Shown one piece after another: positions 55,932 through 64,000 of a DNA stretch of 64,000 nt (the stretch's first letter is position 1; the number at the start of each line of letters is the position of its first letter). The DNA comes from the human T2T-CHM13v2.0 reference genome, Homo sapiens. The position numbers were made by a program, and so were the translations under genes. The notes below the pieces were generated by a model. It did no database searches and was not told the DNA's origin. It saw only the letters and a program-made list of their open reading frames with translations. The stretch is taken from NCBI RefSeq assembly GCF_009914755.1, contig NC_060927.1. One strand, given 5' to 3'.

Positions 55932-56937
55932 TATTCTGGTTTGAATGTATCCCCCAAGTTTCATGTGTTGGAAAGTTAATTCCCAATGTCGCAGTATTAA
56001 AAAGTGGGACCTTTACTTATACACCATGGAATACTATACAGCCCTAAAAAAGAATGAGTTCATGTCCTTTGCAGGGACATGGATGAAGCTGGAAACCATC
56101 ATCCTCAGCAAACTAACACAGGAAGAGAAAACCAAACACCACATGTTCTCACTCATAAGTGAGAGTTGAACAATGAGAGTACATGGATACAGGGAGGGGC
56201 ACAGCAGACACCGGGGCCTGTTGGGGTGTGGGGGGTAAGGGGAGGGAGAGCATTAGGACAAATACCTAATGCATGTGGGGCTTAAAACCTAGATGACCGG
56301 TTGACAGGTGCAGCAAACCACCATGGCACATGTATACCTATGTAATAAACCTGCACATTCAGCACATGTATCCTAGAACTTAAAGTAAAATAAATTTATA
56401 TATATAATATATATAATACATCATATACATATAATAGATATAAAATATATATAATTTATATATAATATATACATTATATTTATATATATTAGATCCAACT
56501 ATATTTTTTAGGTGCCTACAATATTTAAGGCACTGAAATAGACATGTTAACATATTGTGATGATTAGATATAATTATATATGTCAAGAAAAGTGGATCCG
56601 TTAAGAGAAGATTGAATCACGAAGGTTCTGCCTTTATGAATGAATTAATCCATTCATGAAGTAATGGATCAATGGGTTATCATGGGAGTGGAACTAGTGG
56701 CTTTATAAGAAGAGGAAGAGAAACTTGAGCAAGCATGCAACACACTCAGTCCCCTTGTCATATGATGCCCTGTACTATCTTGGGACTCTGTAGAGTCCCC
56801 ACCAGCAAGAAGGCTCTTATCAGATGCAGTCCCTCGACTTACACTTGTCAGCCTCCATAGCTGCAAAAAAAAAAATTCCTTTTAAATTACCCAGTTTCAG
56901 ACATTCTGTGATAAGCAACAGAAAATGGACTAATATA
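55932..56937 (+). mobile_element. MST (MSTB-like) MaLR solo LTR split by an L1 insertion
   Basis: 5' part 'ggtttgaatgtatcccccaagtttcatgtgttggaaa' (to 56015); resumes at 56604 and runs to 'agcaacagaaaatggactaata'. Confidence 0.88.
56016..56394 (+). mobile_element. 5'-truncated L1PA8-10-like 3' end
   Basis: ORF2 end (MEYYTALKKNEFMSFAGTWMKLETIILSKL) and 3' UTR 'ggggcttaaaacctagatga...aacttaaagtaaaa'. Confidence 0.92.
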
Positions 56938-57849
56938 ATATATAATTATACATGGTATTTAGTTTTGAAAGGCAGAAATGCATACCCACACACTGGATCA
57001 AAAAAAATCATTCTGAGCTTTGGGCTCACCTGAGTTCCTCCTGGAGACCTGGAACTAAACTGATGATTGTAACTCTGAAGCCCTCAACTGCTCTGAAAGG
57101 ATAATTGGGCACTTGACATATTTAGTTTAATTGTGTGTAAAGTGAATTTAAATCTTTGAACTACAAGAGAAAATTTACAATTTTTTAAACTGGCAGGAGG
57201 ATCAAAATTATGAGTGTTGGATATATGAGACAATTCAGCAAAAGAAATCACTAGCCTAGCACTGAGTGATGAGGAGTCTTAAAATGCATAGGCATGTGTG
57301 TATTTGCGAGTTGGGTGCACAGATACACACACAAACTGAGGAATGTGATTTCCTGAAACTCTCTTAAGAGGAGGTATCTTTTGCAGATATCTTTAACACA
57401 TTTCAAACAAATCTCAGTTGTTGCAATGATGTAGAATCCTAAATCTGGAAGAGACTTAAATTATCATCTGATCCAGTACTTTTCTCTTTTTTTTCCTTAT
57501 TTTCCTGGACATTTTAGCTTAGGAAAAAAACATCTAACAGGGAACAAAATCCAAAGAAGTAGAAGTGGACTGAGAGCCCCAGACATTTATCCAATCAGCA
57601 TCTTCTATTCTCTACCACTTCCAGAGGTACCTATAACCTCATATACCTTCAGTGCCATCTTCTCTACCATTTTGAGTTTGATCTTTGCTTGACCATCTTA
57701 GGTTGCCCTATTCAGACACATCAAATCATTTAGAAATTCTATCTTAAGTTGAATTGGATCTTCTGTGATTTTCCAATTAGATAATTACATCATTCTGGAA
57801 TAAGCCAAAGCCAGAGTCTGGCAGACCATATCTAAAGACTTTCTTCCAA

Positions 57850-58330
57850 ACTGAGATTACTAATTAGTTAACATTTTAAAACTTTCATTGTTCAATCAGT
57901 TATGAATCCAACTAATTCTCCTATTACCAGCCACAATCCCCTGTCATGTTCAGATAAATGAGTGATAAATGTTTTCAAGTTGAAACCAAGATATGCTACA
58001 ATTATCGTTCTCTTATTACAACTTTTGTAATCTTAGAAACAAAACAAAAACAAAAGATGCCAGCCATGTCTGTGAGTTCATTGCTGCCTCCTACCAAGTA
58101 CATTTTCTTTACAGAATGATTAAAAAAGTGCTCAGAACATCTACTGTAGAATTTTGCTCAGGATTCATGTCAACTACCCTGCCCTATTTTTCATGGAATT
58201 TTTGTGTATGCTATAAATGCTGCTTAATAACAGCAAAGCTTGAAATTAATTCCTATGTCTGTCTTTCTCTGAAGAATTCAAAACTCTAATGTATTTTTTC
58301 ACCTGTTAGCATTTTCCTTCAGGGTGATAT
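57850..58330 (-). mobile_element. CR1/L3 LINE RT relic
   Basis: Antisense of 'tagaattttgctcaggattcatgtcaac' reads LT*ILSKIL (cf. CR1 SLTSIPGKIL); 'aaatgttttcaagttgaaaccaagata' resembles the antisense YLDFSKAFD region. Confidence 0.55.
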
Positions 58331-58514
58331 TTTGTATTCACGAAATACAAGCTATTAGTTATGGCAAATTTCATTATAATCTAGAGTTATAAAAGGTCTC
58401 TAAATTATCTTAAATGCTTAAGACAACTGTAAAGAGCAGTTTTCAGAACAAAATCAGAAACTATGAGCAGTATCAGCAATATCAGGACAGTATCAGCAAC
58501 AGTCTCAGATAATG

Positions 58515-58723
<209 letters not shown>

Positions 58724-58748
58724 TAATTGAGTCATCTGGAAAATATAG

Positions 58749-59126
<378 letters not shown>

Positions 59127-59949
59127 TGAAATAGAATAATTACAGACTGATGAAATTGGCTGCAACGTAGAAGTTCTTTGACTCCTCACAGAGACCAATT
59201 GATTGGCAGCAAAATGAGAACAGCCTAGAAGCAGCCCAGTGCTGAATTATAACCATACCCAATGCTATGGGTATAACTTTTCCTGTGGAAAAGGCTGAAA
59301 GGACAAATGACATGATGGCTGAAAGTATAAACCAGCCTCCTAGTAAGCAGCTGTGATATTACCATTTATTGGGACCACTTCGTCACAGTCTATCTATCTG
59401 TCAGAGGTAACTGATTGAACATTTCTTTACTCCATAATTAATTATTAGATGCTGGGGGAAGAAAAGATTATGATAGGCTTTGAGTGTTAGAAAATAAGAA
59501 AGCCTATGGTCCCTTTTCTCAGAGTCACAGATTGAAGGGGTGAAATAAAGCATTTGATTTCATTTGGACACTCTTGAGATAGCAGAAAGCTAACCTTTTG
59601 TTCTGAGTTATCTCACTCTTTTTCATGGCCAGGATCTAGAGGCCTTTCATTTCCAGAGAAATTCTGAAATACCAAGCCCTGAGTTTTGTGTGACATTCAA
59701 GCTTTGAATATCTTATGTGTGCTTATTAGAGTCAAGAGGTGCTTTTCATGGTATTTAGAAGTCCTTAGCCCAAATTTTTCTGTCTTTTTTCTTCTGCCTA
59801 AGTTGAAGAATAGCCTTATTTGGTATTCTGAGGTTTGACATTGCTCATTACACTTTTTCTTCTGTTGTGTGGCCAATTACAAGCTTGCCTCAAGCCCAAG
59901 AATTGTAGGTGTCAGTTGTATTGAGAACTGTTGCAGGGAAAATTGCATA

Positions 59950-60120
59950 ATGTAGGAAAGCAGACAAGAGGGGCTGACTGGCCAGAGCCCCAGCTTTATC
60001 TCTGTTCTATCACTTGCTGATTGGGTGGTTTGGGGAATAATACTTCAATTCTCTGAGACCCAGTGTCCTCATTTGTAAAATGAGGAATTTGGACCAGATC
60101 ATTTCAAAGGTACCTTTAGG
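59950..60120 (+). mobile_element. MIR/MIR3 SINE
   Basis: 'acttcaattctctgagacccagtgtcctcatttgtaaaatgaggaatttggaccagatcatttcaaagg'. Confidence 0.8.
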
Positions 60121-61152
60121 CACAAACATGGAACATTATTCTAGAAGCTAAAAATTAGAAAATTCGTTCTCACTTCATATCACACCTACTGGTATCACAA
60201 ACAATAGGCAGAGAGAGAAGAATATTCCTTTTTAAATTAACAATAAGAATTGAATCTAAACAAATCTTTTGTTTCTTTCTTTACACAAAGAAATTTTCAA
60301 TCATTCCATTATTTTCTTCATGTTATGTTTTCCTTGACATCTGAATCTTTTCCAGGATTGACAAAACACTATCACACCTATTTCTGAAATAATTTGGTGA
60401 GTTTTTCAATTGTTTCCATTCCATAAGATGCCATGAGTAGAGTAATTTTCAAATTTGCAAAGGTAGAGAGATAAGTACAATATGCAAAGTAACCTACCAA
60501 GGTAAGTGAAAGGCATAAATTGAAAAACCAAAGTAACAAACATTATAAACATAAAAGGTACACTGACCTAAATTAAAACAAGGTAGAATATTTTGTGGAT
60601 TGGATTTCCATTAAGCTCATAAACAACTTTCTTTAATTTTTGTTGGAGCAAAACATTGGTGTACTGCTAGGCTATTCTTATAGTACTACTCAAGTTATTA
60701 AAATCTAATGAATGTTACAACAATTTTGGAAAAGGAGAAGTGAACAAACCCTTGTTTTTCTTAACCTCCTTAAGCTTCACTTGACTTTTCTGCAAGATAA
60801 AAATACTGCTACCTACCTCATGGCTTGTTAGAAGGACTGAATGTGATAATACAAGTAAAGTCCTCTACTTGGTACGCATTAATGGCTTGTAAGTTTTCTG
60901 AGCTGGTCTTGATACTTGTTGCTATATGTACTTTATTTCTTTTCATTCTACAAATGATATTTTGAGTAATATTTTGGAATATTTTTTTTTTTTTTTTGCA
61001 CAGGAGAAAAAAATAGAATCAGAGAACTGAAGGTTCTTATTCAACGTCACAAAATACAAGGTGGTTAAGGTTGGAATTATAATCATCCTAAGGTCTACAT
61101 GGCTTTTAGGCACTTGATTTTCTTGGGACTCAATCCAAATGCGTAAGCCTTA

Positions 61153-61476
<324 letters not shown>

Positions 61477-61944
61477 TTAAGTTCATAGGAGAATATTGAC
61501 TTGGTAAGTCTGCATGAAGAAATAATATTATTAGTTTTCATGTATGTAGAAAAGTAACTACAATTTATCGTGATTTTAAAAATTAACTGAGCCTTAAGTA
61601 TCAAAATGAATGTTAGTTTTTAAAGTGATCTTTTTGGGAGGCTCTCTTGAGTACTCTTTCCATTGGCCAGAGTATTTTGAGATTGCCAACTCAAATAGTG
61701 ACACTAGTCAACTGGTTTGATTATTTGAGTCATATCTCTTATTTTATTTTTAAAGAAAATGTTGTTTTAACCAATTTGTTTATTTACTATATTAGCTTCT
61801 GGCTCTTTCCAAAGAATAAAATCATCCCCAAAAGGATCGATACTCTTTGATCTTAAATCTATTAAAAATAATACAGGTAGGCTTGAAATATGTCTAGATG
61901 TATGGATCCTAATATTATTTTAAGTAATGACACACTTTGGAATA

Positions 61945-62159
61945 CAGTCATGGTCACTTAATAAGAACTTGCTCTGAGAAATGTGTCATTAGGCAGTTTC
62001 ATCATTGTGCAAACATCATACACTGTACTTACACAACCTATGTGGTATAGTGCACTACACACCAAAGCTATATGGTATTGCCTGTTGCTCCTAGGTTACA
62101 GGCCTGTATAGCATGTTACTGTACTGAATGCTGTAGGCAATTGTAACACAGTAATAAGT
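61945..62159. mobile_element. Tigger3/MER7A fragment
   Basis: 'ta|cagtcatggtcacttaa...ctgagaaatgtgtcattaggc...gttgctcctagg...gtaggcaattgtaacaca'. Confidence 0.85.

Positions 62160-64000
<1,841 letters not shown>

Overview
AT-rich primate (most likely human or hominoid) intergenic or deep-intronic DNA. I find no supportable protein-coding gene, tRNA/rRNA, CpG island or CRISPR array. The longer ORFs in the track are decayed L1 ORF1/ORF2 or Tigger1 transposase pieces, Alu frames, or short chance frames. Roughly half of the window is recognisable interspersed repeat: about 16 Alus or Alu pieces (J, S and Y types), a deeply nested L1/Tigger cluster at 3.8-21.3 kb, further L1PA/L1MA/L1ME pieces, MaLR/ERVL/ERV1 solo LTRs (MLT1, MLT2, MST, MER34-like), DNA transposons (MER5A, MER20, MER3, Tigger1/2/3), MIR, L2 and a CR1/L3 relic. 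The most notable structure is a ~322-bp, ~95%-identical inverted repeat of apparently non-transposon DNA (27861-28182 / 29115-29435) around a 932-bp spacer, a candidate recurrent micro-inversion or long-hairpin locus. Also notable are three L1 insertions with apparent 3' transductions (one also with an inverted ORF1 snippet), two head-to-head 3'-truncated L1s, a trimeric Alu and several template-switch or deletion scars. Subfamily names come from my recollection of consensus sequences, not from a search. Boundaries of old repeats are approximate. I cannot support a wholly new biological system from this sequence.
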